Below, piece after piece: positions 30,901 through 41,521 of a stretch of 64,000 nucleotides of DNA. Positions within the stretch are counted from its first letter, which is position 1, and every line of letters starts with the position of its first letter. Source of the DNA: a virus; IMG/VR virus record IMGVR_UViG_3300027969_004705, positions 1 through 64,000 of that record. One strand, written 5' to 3'. The notes under the pieces are model-generated. The model ran no database searches. It worked only from the letters and a program-made list of their open reading frames with translations, and was not told where the DNA came from. Made by a program: the position numbers and the translations under genes.

Positions 30901-32263
30901 ATATATTGTTAATATATGCTGCGAATGTATTTGCAGCACCAGGTCCGTTACTTTCATTGGATAACATATACACCACAAATTTTTCAGAAACAGTAGCAAC
31001 ATTATTTTTAAAGTTAATATATATGTATTTATTTTCTCCTATTAAATTAGTGAATGCAGATATATACCAAGTGTCGGAAATGTAGTAAATTGCGGATTGT
31101 TTAGCACTACTTTGTGGGAAATATATAATCCCTATACGAAGAGGTGTGCCCGCGCCTTTTATATACATTTTAGTAGCAGTAGGAGGAATAGCCTGCTTTA
31201 GGCCCGGAGAAGCGATGGTAATAGTTCCAGGTGCAGATACGCCAGCGGTTACGGTGTATTGATTACCGTCACCATTAAAGGTAATAATATCACCAACAAG
31301 AACATTACCAGTACCTGCAATAATAGGAATAGAAGTAGCACTTACCGCAAATCCTGCTGCTGTAGTAGTGTATCCTGTTCCATCACCTTTATTTGGAGGA
31401 GGAGTTTCTCCTACACCTCTGCCAGTAGTCGAGTCGTAAGATCCAGGAGAAATTGGTAACGAATTATAGGCAGCTTTAATAGCAGATAAACAGTCTACAG
31501 CAGTAGCACCTGCATTAAAATCATCAAAAGTCGGCAATGCTCCGAAATTTAATACATTTCTAGGACCTTCGTAAAATCCAGAATCTGCTGTAGCATCGTC
31601 TGGATTTGCATATATTACAGCAGACCCTTCATTAAATTTAATATTGACATTTGATGCATATGTGGATAATGGAAATCCTGAAGTAATTCCAAAATTTCCT
31701 TGAGATAATTCTGCAACAGCTGGACTTGATGGAGTGAGTTGTGCGTACTGTAATGCTTTTTTCAATGCATCCATTCTAGCAGCATTAGTATCAGCAGACG
31801 ATTCGAATTTTTTGACATTGTTACCTTGTTTCACTAACACATATCCATACTCCGGAGGATTAAAGTCTGATACCCACGCATTCAATCCATTACTATTTAA
31901 AATTGGAGATGCATATGGTATGTTTATAACTCTACTAGAAGCTCCGTTAATAGTAGCAGCACCAGCATATAAAGTAGCATAATTGGTAGTATTTAACTGA
32001 CCATTAACATCTGAAAATATTAATGTAGTTCCAGTCGGATAATTAACAGGGCTAGGGAGACTATATGTTCTCGGTCCGGTTAATGTTGCAGTCAAACGCG
32101 CAAACGTAGTGCCAGCAGCAATAGTTGCATCAGCATCTCCAAGATTTTGAACTTTAATAGGAAGTAGTCCAAGTCTGGTTTGACCCCATGCTTGATCACT
32201 ACTAGTTGGTGTTAGACCTTCGACAAAAAGTCTATCTGCTTCTGGTTTTAAGTATGTACTCAT
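27995..32263 (-). CDS. Multi-domain tailspike / receptor-binding protein (pectin-lyase-like beta-helix, Gly-rich C-terminus)
   Basis: NVLNFGA...AIKAAY...IYFP..YYIS beta-helix entry; GGTG...ARVNLGLG fibre motif; GGAGGGSG-rich C-terminus ending GLVTLIFNF. Confidence 0.8.
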   Translation of the reverse strand: MSTYLKPEADRLFVEGLTPTSSDQAWGQTRLGLLPIKVQNLGDADATIAAGTTFARLTATLTGPRTYSLPSPVNYPTGTTLIFSDVNGQLNTTNYATLYAGAATINGASSRVINIPYASPILNSNGLNAWVSDFNPPEYGYVLVKQGNNVKKFESSADTNAARMDALKKALQYAQLTPSSPAVAELSQGNFGITSGFPLSTYASNVNIKFNEGSAVIYANPDDATADSGFYEGPRNVLNFGALPTFDDFNAGATAVDCLSAIKAAYNSLPISPGSYDSTTGRGVGETPPPNKGDGTGYTTTAAGFAVSATSIPIIAGTGNVLVGDIITFNGDGNQYTVTAGVSAPGTITIASPGLKQAIPPTATKMYIKGAGTPLRIGIIYFPQSSAKQSAIYYISDTWYISAFTNLIGENKYIYINFKNNVATVSEKFVVYMLSNESNGPGAANTFAAYINNICISGNRSLVNGYNNNNPYSSGLRFSCAQRGTIGFLGIYECGLRGFVTDINGGSVDVGYLNVEGVTRGPGISLNTCYSFAAKQVVCSFINNNQWAKDSDGDYYPSLYAENCRGININAFQAEEVSTGVRLKNCTGVFMPITSTSKYLRTITNVTSGNPIIITSDIPAGLEYTGHGRSTGDKVTIFGVTGIPNANVTNVAISAIDFNRFALSGVSGSGTYISGGQYLPGNNTGVIVTGTDNYELGLDVAFTSYAFVDRGTGQTILGNKDSLVTGRYSWVARLDNRVTFINAGVVKSETSNITIAAPQTLTLQTGTSVPTNTTINTYPLFGSYDNLFQLFSNAGSNSIIEGSGATDSLCIGTGADKPVYIKPNRVTTATFASTSINLSLAAILTADPGTGSPGTLWRSGNDLKIATATVVQPVTGLLGNAFPAWDTGADSGTLSSTAFSSVFYSSGGTIRFSGSRPVSAGLVELFAMVDSGGYSPGPTIYDSASALQVRFRNLSGGDIINYNLAARTVPDFDIVIDWSSTDTVNRHKVWLNGVLQTAAFDSGLNPYSTQNQLRWGEANLSVKHLAYYSTRLGTPLVLGSLANLAVAPMADTLSTTLPLSVGGTGSTTASGARVNLGLGLSSSPIFASLSVTSLSAVNGIFSNITVTNNISSNTANFTSLSAVNGTFSNSVSSKSISATSITVNGTPVAPSPVTYIFQYASNNAGVAVLSGVSTITPPTGWVTCMAEAIQGGAGGGSGRMGAVGTNRLGGTGGGGGWRTVRTIFSANVAAGTWTVTVGAGGAGGAGIPALSANTNGNPGSIGGASGILRGSTPLISAGVNQGGSSVNNGNTGVGGTSATSIGGSISSNAGTGTYAGFTGYGVSASTSGTSTSFNPNGSTGGAGGGSIDTTETVRLSGIGYGGAANGGAANASGGGFAPAAILTGPLYCGIGGSGAGGGTNGGTDGAAGGDGAPGLVTLIFNF
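28876..28992 (-). repeat. Intragenic direct repeat, 39 bp with 78 bp period (TSLSAVNG[I/T]FSN)
   Basis: 28876-28914 and 28954-28992 are nearly identical. Confidence 0.8.
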
Positions 32264-32904
32264 TGAATTTTAGTTTGTATTTTTAAATTAGTCGTCGGAC
32301 TATAAATAATTTGCTCATAGGATGGACTATAAAGAAATTGATAACCATTATCCGGATTTATTAATTCGATACTAGTTGGCAACTGTAGAATACTGACGTA
32401 TGTTTGTTTATTTATCTTACCTTCTAGGTTAACAAAAGTATTATTAGTAGATAAAGGAGATATCTGACTGCTTAGTATACTCAACTCACCAATTTCATCA
32501 TAATACGACGCATTATATATATTAATAGGCTGTATAAATAAAGTTTTACTACCGTCTTTAAATGTAATTAAAAACTGAGCCGTTATAAGGCTGTTAAAAT
32601 TTGATGTTTCTTTAGAATATGTATTTTCATACATACTCATTATTGTACCACCAGGCTTATCAAAAAGAATTTCATTAAAAATACTTTTATTTTTATAATC
32701 ATATATTAAATCTCGCTTTATGTGAATATTTTCAGTTGAATTGCCGTAATTAATAACAAGATACGTAGCATAATTACTCGCTTCATTTATACCAGTAAGT
32801 ACAAATGTAATTGAGGTCTTACCTTTAACAGAGACAGTCGGCAGTATTTTCTGCATATCTCCTGTAGTACTCGTTAAATTGTAATATAAACTAATATTTT
32901 TCAT
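32260..32904 (-). CDS. Putative virion structural protein
   Basis: Translationally coupled in the tail operon; beta-rich. Confidence 0.6.
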   Translation of the reverse strand: MKNISLYYNLTSTTGDMQKILPTVSVKGKTSITFVLTGINEASNYATYLVINYGNSTENIHIKRDLIYDYKNKSIFNEILFDKPGGTIMSMYENTYSKETSNFNSLITAQFLITFKDGSKTLFIQPINIYNASYYDEIGELSILSSQISPLSTNNTFVNLEGKINKQTYVSILQLPTSIELINPDNGYQFLYSPSYEQIIYSPTTNLKIQTKIQ

Positions 32905-35858
32905 ATTATGATTTGATTTCCAGATAATGTATATGTACCTAAGTTAGATTTTATAGTTGTAAAAGTATAATTAACAAAATCTGACGTCCTTACAGTATTA
33001 TTGTGATTAAAATACTTACAATCAATGAACGTAACAACTTTATTTTGATCAATATTAAAGCTGTAGTCGAATAAGTGAAAGAGGTTATTATTATCAGTAC
33101 ATATATAGGTTAGCTTATATATATCGTTTAATGAGTTATAAGTTATTATAGGTTTTTGAATTTTTACTATGTTAAAGTTCGTCTCACTATTAAACACCGC
33201 AGACAAAGTAAATGCACTTGATATAATAGGTATTTGAGAAGTAATTGGGAATATTTTCTCAGTAATATTATCAGTAATGTTGTATTGGTATATATCAGGT
33301 ATAAAGATTTTATTATTATTATTATAAATTTTTATAATATTATCTGCAGTATTTTCTATTATAAGTCCTGATAAAGACTGAATCCGAGGATACATAACAC
33401 AAAATGTAACCGTTTTATTTTTTTCAATAAATAATCTATTAGAGAAAGCTTGTAAAGTAGAGCTTGAACTAATAGTATATACAAGATTTGAAGTAGATGG
33501 TTTTTGAAAACTCCCATCTTCATATAGAACTTTATCAAAAACAAGGTAATTAGGAGTTTCTATACATATTGTATTATAGAAAATCTCTAAGTTTTTAGCT
33601 GCTGTATATACTTCCGTTTGTACAGCAGTGTTATACTTACTAAACGTGCTAGTAAGTGCAGTAGATAGAGGAATAGATAAAGTACTTGTGCCTTGCTGTA
33701 CGAAAATACTACCTTGAAGTCGGTCTTTTACAGCCTGAGACTTTAATTCATTTACACTTGATAAAGGAGAGAGAGTTGTTAGACCGTAATCATAAACTGT
33801 ACTATTAAACGGAATTTGATCTTTATAAATATTATCATTCGGTATTACTATTTCATCGGTATAGTAGCCGCAGTTATATTCTTCGACATTAGCAGCAGAA
33901 AGGGCAAACTTTACATCATAAACAAAAGATGCAGTTAAACTCGGTGTTATAGATAGATCTATTGCTCGAGTCACCGGATTTAAACTTGAAACGCCTGCTT
34001 CAGCTAATTCATTATAGTAATAAGTACCATTACCATAATCAGCTGGCCAAGAGGTAGCATAACTATCAGGCAGTGCTGTATTATCTGCGAACGTAAACTC
34101 ACCTGCATCTCTAATTTTAGGTATTATATTTCTTGAACTTTGTAATAATTCTGTATATGGTGTAAATTCTCTAAAGAATAGTGTAAGGTAAGATGAGCTA
34201 AGAGACGAAAATCCACTAACACTTAAATTACTTGTAGTATTAGTAGATAAGCCGCTTCTAAAAGTATTACCAACTACAGAAGCAGTACTATAATTAAAAT
34301 TTATACCTTCTGTTTCATCACGAAATACGTGACCGTCTAATAGTAAACTTTTAATAGCTTCATCTTCTAAAGTCTCTACAGATTTAAAAGTATGACCTAG
34401 TTTATCTTTAAATAATGCATAACTATTACCATATATATCATACTGTAAAGTAGTTATATAACCTTTATTGTATAAATCACTGAAGTTTAAATTTATGTCA
34501 TTTGTTATAGATTGAGTATATGATTGCTCAGTAGCATAATAAGGTGCAAACGTTTGATCACTACTATTTATTTTGGGTGTACCAGTTGCAAATCCGCTTG
34601 ATACGTTATTTACATCAAATCTATAATCATAAATATATACTAAAGGATAATCTAATTGATTATTAATAGTTACGTTCCCATATTTATTTGGATCAGGAAA
34701 TATATAAATTTTGTTAGGTTCAAGCTTAGTATAATCAATGCTATATGTAAAATTATTAGCATTTAGCTGAAATATACCTTGACTATCTGTATTAAAAAAC
34801 AGACCTAAATTTCTGAGCAATATCGTTTCATTAGACTGTACAGCAGCTGTATTTGCTTGCTGTAGATTGTTAATGTTATTAGAAGGTGTTTCAGCTCTAA
34901 CCAATATACCTGTTACTGTAGTGTTATTACTCGTATCTATATAGTGTATATCTGTTCCTAAATATTTCTCTAATAATTTTTTCCTATATACCGTAACATC
35001 AGCAGTAGATAATCCACTTATATCATTATTTTGTAGTAAAGTTAACGGATTATCAGGATTACATATTGCATCAAACTTTAATGTAACGTTTACTATTAAA
35101 GGTATTTCATTTAAGAATGCAGTACTGCCAAATATTTGCTCATAACTATCACTTAAAAATAAAGCTGTATCTACTTCATTTATATTTGCAGTATAATAGT
35201 TTATTCTTTGTTGATTTGTTTCTGTTACTCTAGGTATGTTAGGTATATCAAAGTAATTACCATATACATCCACATATTCGAGTATATCAATATTAAGTGA
35301 CTCTGTTATACTTGCTAACGATTTACCGAGATCAGAATATTGTGGCTGATCTTGAGCTGCAAATATGTAATTATATATACTATCAAATAATCCTTTCTCA
35401 ATTGATGTAGAACTACCTTTTATTTTATTTCTATCAATAACATACTTTGCATCATCACGCTTTGACTTATAAAACAAAATAACTTGTCTAATTTTATCAG
35501 TAAAAAAGGGTATCGCTACATCTAAATCAGCTGGATCATTAAAGTTAATAGTAGATAAAAATTTACGCTCTTGATTTGTCGCGTATGTTAGTACTATCTC
35601 TTTTAAAAACTCTACATAATACTCAACAAAACTCTTTTGCTCTGTTGTACTACTGGTATTCTTTATTTTTGCCCAATCTTTTAGATACGATATATAAAAG
35701 TTATTATACTCATCTGGAGTATAGTCTACACGTGTTATTGTTATAAACTGTAAAAAAGAATAGGGACTACTATTATCTGCAGCAGCTGATTTATCTACAT
35801 CTGGATTAGTAATCGAGTTACTAATTACTGCAGAACTATATGTTATTACTGATGACAT
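32901..35858 (-). CDS. Putative baseplate wedge-like structural protein
   Basis: 985 aa, downstream of gp6 in the operon; late promoter. Confidence 0.55.
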   Translation of the reverse strand: MSSVITYSSAVISNSITNPDVDKSAAADNSSPYSFLQFITITRVDYTPDEYNNFYISYLKDWAKIKNTSSTTEQKSFVEYYVEFLKEIVLTYATNQERKFLSTINFNDPADLDVAIPFFTDKIRQVILFYKSKRDDAKYVIDRNKIKGSSTSIEKGLFDSIYNYIFAAQDQPQYSDLGKSLASITESLNIDILEYVDVYGNYFDIPNIPRVTETNQQRINYYTANINEVDTALFLSDSYEQIFGSTAFLNEIPLIVNVTLKFDAICNPDNPLTLLQNNDISGLSTADVTVYRKKLLEKYLGTDIHYIDTSNNTTVTGILVRAETPSNNINNLQQANTAAVQSNETILLRNLGLFFNTDSQGIFQLNANNFTYSIDYTKLEPNKIYIFPDPNKYGNVTINNQLDYPLVYIYDYRFDVNNVSSGFATGTPKINSSDQTFAPYYATEQSYTQSITNDINLNFSDLYNKGYITTLQYDIYGNSYALFKDKLGHTFKSVETLEDEAIKSLLLDGHVFRDETEGINFNYSTASVVGNTFRSGLSTNTTSNLSVSGFSSLSSSYLTLFFREFTPYTELLQSSRNIIPKIRDAGEFTFADNTALPDSYATSWPADYGNGTYYYNELAEAGVSSLNPVTRAIDLSITPSLTASFVYDVKFALSAANVEEYNCGYYTDEIVIPNDNIYKDQIPFNSTVYDYGLTTLSPLSSVNELKSQAVKDRLQGSIFVQQGTSTLSIPLSTALTSTFSKYNTAVQTEVYTAAKNLEIFYNTICIETPNYLVFDKVLYEDGSFQKPSTSNLVYTISSSSTLQAFSNRLFIEKNKTVTFCVMYPRIQSLSGLIIENTADNIIKIYNNNNKIFIPDIYQYNITDNITEKIFPITSQIPIISSAFTLSAVFNSETNFNIVKIQKPIITYNSLNDIYKLTYICTDNNNLFHLFDYSFNIDQNKVVTFIDCKYFNHNNTVRTSDFVNYTFTTIKSNLGTYTLSGNQIII

Positions 35859-35878
35859 TTAATTTATTTATTCATTCA

Positions 35879-37933
35879 TTATTGTATTAGCTGTAAGCCT
35901 TTGTATAATTGATTTGATAAAATATTTGAAATTACACCATTTTCTTTCGACCAGTCGTTGTATGAAGATGTGCTAAAGTTGAGTGTATTATTTTGATCTG
36001 TAAAGTTTATAACACTATCATATATAGAGCCCTCTGTCCCTGTTATATATTTATAGAAAGTATAATACTCGTTAAGTCTTCTACCGCTCGCTGTTGGATC
36101 TACTACAAGTCCCCAACCCCAAGTGTTATCATATGCACTTATAACATAAGTTTTAGACATTACCCCAACCGCACTAACCGGTTGATAAGTGTTTAGTCGT
36201 TTATATGTGTTACTATACTTTTCATATGCGACAATATCTTGACCAGCGGTAATTTTATCGTAAATTGATAGTTCAGCACCTAAATTAAAGCCATATATAC
36301 TACTATTAACATAGCCATAGTCATTAAAGTTCTCTGCAAACTGATTTCGTACACCAAAAAGTCTACTTTTGTTTATAGATAGTATGTCTATAAGTCGAGT
36401 AAGCTCAGCTGGATAGTTATAGTTAGAGGAATTATACCGCTGATAATCAATATTATATTCTTGGAGAATAGATAATAGACTACTAACATTAGCGTAATCT
36501 AGCACACTATTATTAGATATAAAGTTAGTAATTTTTTCATATGTAACTTTACCTAAGCTAGTTTGATCTGAAGAAATAGTTCCTACAGCATAGTCTAAGA
36601 ATTTATTATATAGATTATAATTATTATTAAACAGTGGTTGAAGAGATATATCTCTAAATTTCTGGCCCATATCTATATCTTCTCCATGTTTTGCAATGGT
36701 ATATACTCCGCTGGATGGATATATGGTAAATGTGCTTGATCTGCCTGTTAAAGAACTACTTCCGATAGTAGTTCTTGCTGATAAAAATAAATTAGCTGTA
36801 GTCTGTGTTGTGGTATATTTAAAAGTACCTTTTAATACACCACTTAAATTGAAATTAGATGAATATACAAACTGAGCTGATAATATACTTACACCATTTG
36901 TTAATACAACCGTTGTATTAGAACTATTAAGAGATAGACTATTTTTTATTGTATAATTTTCTGTATCTTTTACTTTTATAACAAAACTAACAAGAGAATT
37001 ACTGAACTTTATAGGATTAATATCAAAAGATGCACTTGTATTACCCTCTGCATCTAGTCCATTAGAAGTAATTGATAAATGATTATAATCCAGATTTTTA
37101 ACTACATTCGCAGTTACAGAAGCTGTTGCTGTATTTGTATACGGTAGAAGTTCACTAGGCGAATAACCAAAGCAAAGTTTAACAGAACTTAATGGCATAT
37201 CACTTTTAAAGTATACTAAAGCATCACCGGAGGTACCATATAAAAATGAATTTTCATCTGTCTCTAAACAATTTATAATTGCCTTACCTGATAACTTACA
37301 ATATAATTTTTCTGACGTTGTCTTAAATGAAGATATCTCAACAAACTCTGTTAAATCTTTTAACCCTTTCTCTAATGTATAAAAAGATGAGTATGGATAT
37401 AAATGATTATAGTAAATATTGTAAGTGCTAGTATCAAAATAGTTATCTGTAGCTCCAGTTGCAAAAGGTATTATATCTAGATCATTTAAAGTATTATATG
37501 ACTGATAAGAAGTAGATCTTATAACTTTAATTGGATTAGTAATTTTACCTGCTGTTAATATTAAATTACTGCTCGTGGATAATGTTATATTATTTGTAAG
37601 GTAATTGTATACTGTAACTTGCTGGGAAAAGGAATCTATATAAGATTCACCAACGTTATCGTATAAATAGCACGTTACTTTATATTCACCAGGTAGTAGG
37701 TAAGCATGACGACCAGTTACAGACTCTGATATCGTACCATCACCATAATCCCATACTATACGTTTACTTGAAAATATATCATCAATTCCCTCTAATATAG
37801 GTATAAATACAAACTCAGCAAACGGTAGAGCGTAACTTGATAAGGCTAAATTACCAGTATAGTTATATGTATAGAAATACGAGTACACTGTATTTATAAT
37901 TCCATAATCTTGATATCTAGAGGTACTCGCCAT
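35879..37933 (-). CDS. Baseplate protein with a PKD domain
   Basis: WDYGDGT...HAYLLPGEYKVT; adjacent to gp6. Confidence 0.65.
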   Translation of the reverse strand: MASTSRYQDYGIINTVYSYFYTYNYTGNLALSSYALPFAEFVFIPILEGIDDIFSSKRIVWDYGDGTISESVTGRHAYLLPGEYKVTCYLYDNVGESYIDSFSQQVTVYNYLTNNITLSTSSNLILTAGKITNPIKVIRSTSYQSYNTLNDLDIIPFATGATDNYFDTSTYNIYYNHLYPYSSFYTLEKGLKDLTEFVEISSFKTTSEKLYCKLSGKAIINCLETDENSFLYGTSGDALVYFKSDMPLSSVKLCFGYSPSELLPYTNTATASVTANVVKNLDYNHLSITSNGLDAEGNTSASFDINPIKFSNSLVSFVIKVKDTENYTIKNSLSLNSSNTTVVLTNGVSILSAQFVYSSNFNLSGVLKGTFKYTTTQTTANLFLSARTTIGSSSLTGRSSTFTIYPSSGVYTIAKHGEDIDMGQKFRDISLQPLFNNNYNLYNKFLDYAVGTISSDQTSLGKVTYEKITNFISNNSVLDYANVSSLLSILQEYNIDYQRYNSSNYNYPAELTRLIDILSINKSRLFGVRNQFAENFNDYGYVNSSIYGFNLGAELSIYDKITAGQDIVAYEKYSNTYKRLNTYQPVSAVGVMSKTYVISAYDNTWGWGLVVDPTASGRRLNEYYTFYKYITGTEGSIYDSVINFTDQNNTLNFSTSSYNDWSKENGVISNILSNQLYKGLQLIQ

Positions 37934-37961
37934 TTATTTATATTTATAGTAAGATGAGGTC

Positions 37962-39782
37962 TTAGCTGTTCTCTATAATTATATTATTAACTATATCAGA
38001 TACTTTATAGAAATATGCATATTGAAAGTCTTCCAATTTATAATCTTTAGAGGTTATCGTTATGTCATTAAACTGATACAACGGATTCCAGATAATAAGA
38101 CTTAATAAAGGAGTTTCATAAGTAACTCCATCAACAACACGTCTTGTTCCTATTCTTTCAACACCGTAAATATTTAAAATATTGTTTTGTATCTCACTTA
38201 TACTAACAGTTGATCCTAATAATACTTTATTAAAGGTAGCCTTAAAGACATCTTGTATACTAGATTTTAAATTAGATACATTAACAATATTATTACGATC
38301 TTTGTATATAACTAACTTTGTTTCAGCTAATACTTCAGTTAGTACAGTTTCACTATTAGATGCAACACCTAAAGCAAATGCTTTAAAGATAGGATCTGCA
38401 AATACTACATTATGGGTAATGTCTTTAATAGCATTACACTCAGTAAGAATTAATTGTTTTTGTGTTGGATTGGTATAGTTAGGAATTTGCTCATTAATAA
38501 TTGAGTTCTTTGGTACAGTAAATAAATTGACATTATTAAATGAAGTTGAGTTTGCATACCTAACTTGGTTAAACAATACTCTACTATCTTCATTAGGTCT
38601 ATTAAGACCTATATCATAGTAATATTTTAATACTTTACTTGTATATGTATCATTTGATATTGCTTTTACAGACTGAATAAATCCATTAAAGTTTTTAGTT
38701 ATAAAATATTCATAGTCTGCACTTGTAACTAATCTATTTTGTAACGAGAATATTTTAGGAGCATTATTCTTAATTTCTTCTGCTGTTTCAGCGCTTGATA
38801 CAGCTATAGATTCATTTAAGTTATTAGCTGTTATATATGATGTATTTAAAGAACTAATAAAATTATTATCTGCACTATATATATTTGTACTTATTTCACT
38901 AAATGTTGGTGTGTTATAGATAATAAAACTACTATTACTTAAACCATTAGCAGATACGTATCCAGCTATATCATCAGATTTAATATAAAATATTTGTACT
39001 TTATCATCAATTTGAAGTTGTTTGCCGTTTAGTCCGTTACCAAATTTAAATTCATAATTGCCATTCTCATTATATCGCTTTTCATACTTTAAACTACCAG
39101 CTGACTCTAAGAATAAAGAAGATGTTTCTGTCCATTCCTGCCAAGTGTCTGTATTTCGACTCTTAACAAATATAGTAAATGTATTATCTGCAATAAATTT
39201 GTTATCTGCATTAGTTTTAATATCAGTGTTTCTATTAATTATTTTAATAACTTCAAAAGGTTCGCCGATAGATGTGTAGACTGGATGCTCTACAATATTA
39301 CCTTGATAAAGCATACTATTACTAATAGATAATCCTTCATTACTTGCAGTGGTTTTTTCAAACGATATGTCTTTGAGTGTAGCGTAGCTAACACCATCTT
39401 TAGATAAATATGAAAACCTCTTTATAATATATTGACCTACGCCTAGTGAAGATGATCCAGTCAAATCTATATTAACAAGTGATGTTTGTTTGCCTGTAGG
39501 TTTATAACCAATATTGGATACTAGTTTATTTATGTTTTCATATAATTCTGCTGTTGTAAATGTCGATTCTGATGCAGTTGTATTCAAATAAAATAACAAT
39601 ACATGATACATGTACGCTACTATATCTATAAAGGAGTTTATATTTGAACCTTCAAAATTTTGATCTCTAAAAACTTCAGATTCATTTAATTTATTTATAA
39701 TTAAAGTTTTTAACGATGTAGCATCAAAAGCCGCATACGCTTCTTGAGGTAAGTTATACTCAGTAAAATTTTTAACACTCAT
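37962..39782 (-). CDS. gp6: Baseplate wedge subunit (T4 gp6-like)
   Basis: F.D.NFEGSN, ESTFTTA, IGYKP, FGNG..GK, EEIKNNAP..FSLQNRLVT..DY. Confidence 0.9.
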   Translation of the reverse strand: MSVKNFTEYNLPQEAYAAFDATSLKTLIINKLNESEVFRDQNFEGSNINSFIDIVAYMYHVLLFYLNTTASESTFTTAELYENINKLVSNIGYKPTGKQTSLVNIDLTGSSSLGVGQYIIKRFSYLSKDGVSYATLKDISFEKTTASNEGLSISNSMLYQGNIVEHPVYTSIGEPFEVIKIINRNTDIKTNADNKFIADNTFTIFVKSRNTDTWQEWTETSSLFLESAGSLKYEKRYNENGNYEFKFGNGLNGKQLQIDDKVQIFYIKSDDIAGYVSANGLSNSSFIIYNTPTFSEISTNIYSADNNFISSLNTSYITANNLNESIAVSSAETAEEIKNNAPKIFSLQNRLVTSADYEYFITKNFNGFIQSVKAISNDTYTSKVLKYYYDIGLNRPNEDSRVLFNQVRYANSTSFNNVNLFTVPKNSIINEQIPNYTNPTQKQLILTECNAIKDITHNVVFADPIFKAFALGVASNSETVLTEVLAETKLVIYKDRNNIVNVSNLKSSIQDVFKATFNKVLLGSTVSISEIQNNILNIYGVERIGTRRVVDGVTYETPLLSLIIWNPLYQFNDITITSKDYKLEDFQYAYFYKVSDIVNNIIIENS

Positions 39783-39784
39783 AA

Positions 39785-40273
39785 TTATTTAAATATATAT
39801 CCTCCATTATTTAAGGCTGTTTTTAGAGATACACCATAAATGTTTAAAGAGGGTACAGATAGATTTATATCAATATCATATTCCATATCGTCTATTAAAG
39901 CTACAACATTAATATACTCTATTACAACTCTTGGTTCTTGTACAGGTAAACCGAATAAGATTTTTTGAGCTAAAAAATATGCTTTTACCTCTGATACTGT
40001 TTCAAATAAATAATCACGTAAATCGAGTCCAAAAGTTGGATTTAAAAGCTTTTCACCAGGAGATGTAGTTAGTATATTTTTTAAAGATGTAACAACCGCT
40101 TCAATATCATATATTGCTTCTAAATCTTTTACACTATTTGATCGCAGCAGCTCACTTCCTTTTGCACTGTATGATGTTTTTAAGTCAAACAGGATATCTT
40201 TATATAAGTATCCTGCTTTACGCGCTGTTTCTACTGCTGTTGTTGGTTTAACTATATCTAATCTTATAGCCAT
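39785..40273 (-). CDS. gp25: Baseplate wedge protein (T4 gp25-like)
   Basis: SLKNILTTSPGEKLLNPTFG..L..YLFE, EPRV. Confidence 0.9.
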   Translation of the reverse strand: MAIRLDIVKPTTAVETARKAGYLYKDILFDLKTSYSAKGSELLRSNSVKDLEAIYDIEAVVTSLKNILTTSPGEKLLNPTFGLDLRDYLFETVSEVKAYFLAQKILFGLPVQEPRVVIEYINVVALIDDMEYDIDINLSVPSLNIYGVSLKTALNNGGYIFK

Positions 40274-40353
40274 TTATAATTATTTAATAACAACATCAGG
40301 CATACTATATAAATTAATTGGTAGTTTTAAACGAACTAATATATAATTAAATT

Positions 40354-40647
40354 ATGAAAATTCCGGTTACTTATATTGAAAAGAAAGATATTACTGTTGA
40401 AGTCACTCCTATCTCACTTGTAAAGTATCTTGATGAGTATATAACTAACTCATTTAATATGCCTATTGGAGCATTTATAACGAATGTTAATTCTATGCCT
40501 TGTTGGGTGAGAGCTGTATATAGTTCACATGGTCATGATGAATTTGTTCAAACTGCAACAGCAGAAGAAATTCAAATTATGGAAGCTTTAAAACTTGTTA
40601 GAAGTTATATACGTAGTAAGTCTGCATTACCAGTTTGCGCACGATAA
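40354..40647 (+). CDS. Hypothetical early/middle protein
   Basis: GAAC-N5-TATAAT 6 nt upstream. Confidence 0.65.
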   Translation: MKIPVTYIEKKDITVEVTPISLVKYLDEYITNSFNMPIGAFITNVNSMPCWVRAVYSSHGHDEFVQTATAEEIQIMEALKLVRSYIRSKSALPVCAR

Positions 40648-40899
40648 CGCTTTAGCGGTACCTGGTTTAGCAGAAGAACATTTATGTCTAGCCCTGAAGG
40701 CCTTGCGCTTTTTAGGGTTAGACTTTTTTATTCTTAAATTTGGGTCGCCGTAATGGACACGTTTAAGCTTACCGTCTACTCTTACACATCTCATATATTT
40801 TTTATCAGATCTAGTAGATGATTGTTGCTTTGTAACTTTTGTACAGCGCGATCCTGCTTTTTCTAGTAAAATCTCTGCTACTAGTTTATTAAATTCCAT
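40627..40899 (-). CDS. Small basic late protein (RKAFRARHKC...SCANW), candidate internal head protein
   Basis: N-terminus MEFNKLVAEILLE; TAAATA 5 nt upstream; KKY...VHYGDP...FRARH.C motif recalled from T4-like phages. Confidence 0.75.
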   Translation of the reverse strand: MEFNKLVAEILLEKAGSRCTKVTKQQSSTRSDKKYMRCVRVDGKLKRVHYGDPNLRIKKSNPKKRKAFRARHKCSSAKPGTAKALSCANW

Positions 40900-40931
40900 A
40901 TAATTATTTATTATATAGCATAAATAAAGTT

Positions 40932-41516
40932 ATGGGGAAAAAATATTTAACTTTAGTTGAGACGTACTTATCTAGATTTGAGAGAGGAGGGTTTCTTGTT
41001 GGCGACGTATTTAAGTTTAACGATAACTTTAAGTCATCTGAAGCTTATAAAAAGCTAGGTTACAATAGTCAAGAGCTTATAGATCAAATGATAGAAACTG
41101 GTCTACATGTCAGGGTAGTTGGCATAAAGGATACTACTTCTCCAAGATATCCTGGCAATCCTCAAACCTCTTCTGCTGATGTATCTCTAACTCTTGCTGT
41201 CGATAATGGCGGCGGTCGTTATTCTCACTATGTTAATATCTCTCCAGATTTAGGTACTCCTGTTTCTTACTATCCTAACTTACCGCCTATTCCTGACGCT
41301 GCTATACGTCCAAATAATAATAACGTTAAGCCTAAAGAACTTGAAAAGCAAGACCATATCTCAAATAAAACAGATAAAGGTAATGGCAAACTTAGTGATA
41401 CAAATATTAGTCTTGCTAAGTCTAACACAGACATTAAATCGAGTTCAATTTCTGCAGATCCGGCTGTAAGTGCAAATAACCACGAATACTTAAAAGGTCT
41501 ACAAGATTATAAATAA
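40932..41516 (+). CDS. Hypothetical late protein
   Basis: TAAATA 5 nt upstream; MGKKYLTLVE; GGFLVGDVFKF. Confidence 0.75.
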   Translation: MGKKYLTLVETYLSRFERGGFLVGDVFKFNDNFKSSEAYKKLGYNSQELIDQMIETGLHVRVVGIKDTTSPRYPGNPQTSSADVSLTLAVDNGGGRYSHYVNISPDLGTPVSYYPNLPPIPDAAIRPNNNNVKPKELEKQDHISNKTDKGNGKLSDTNISLAKSNTDIKSSSISADPAVSANNHEYLKGLQDYK

Positions 41517-41521
41517 TTATA

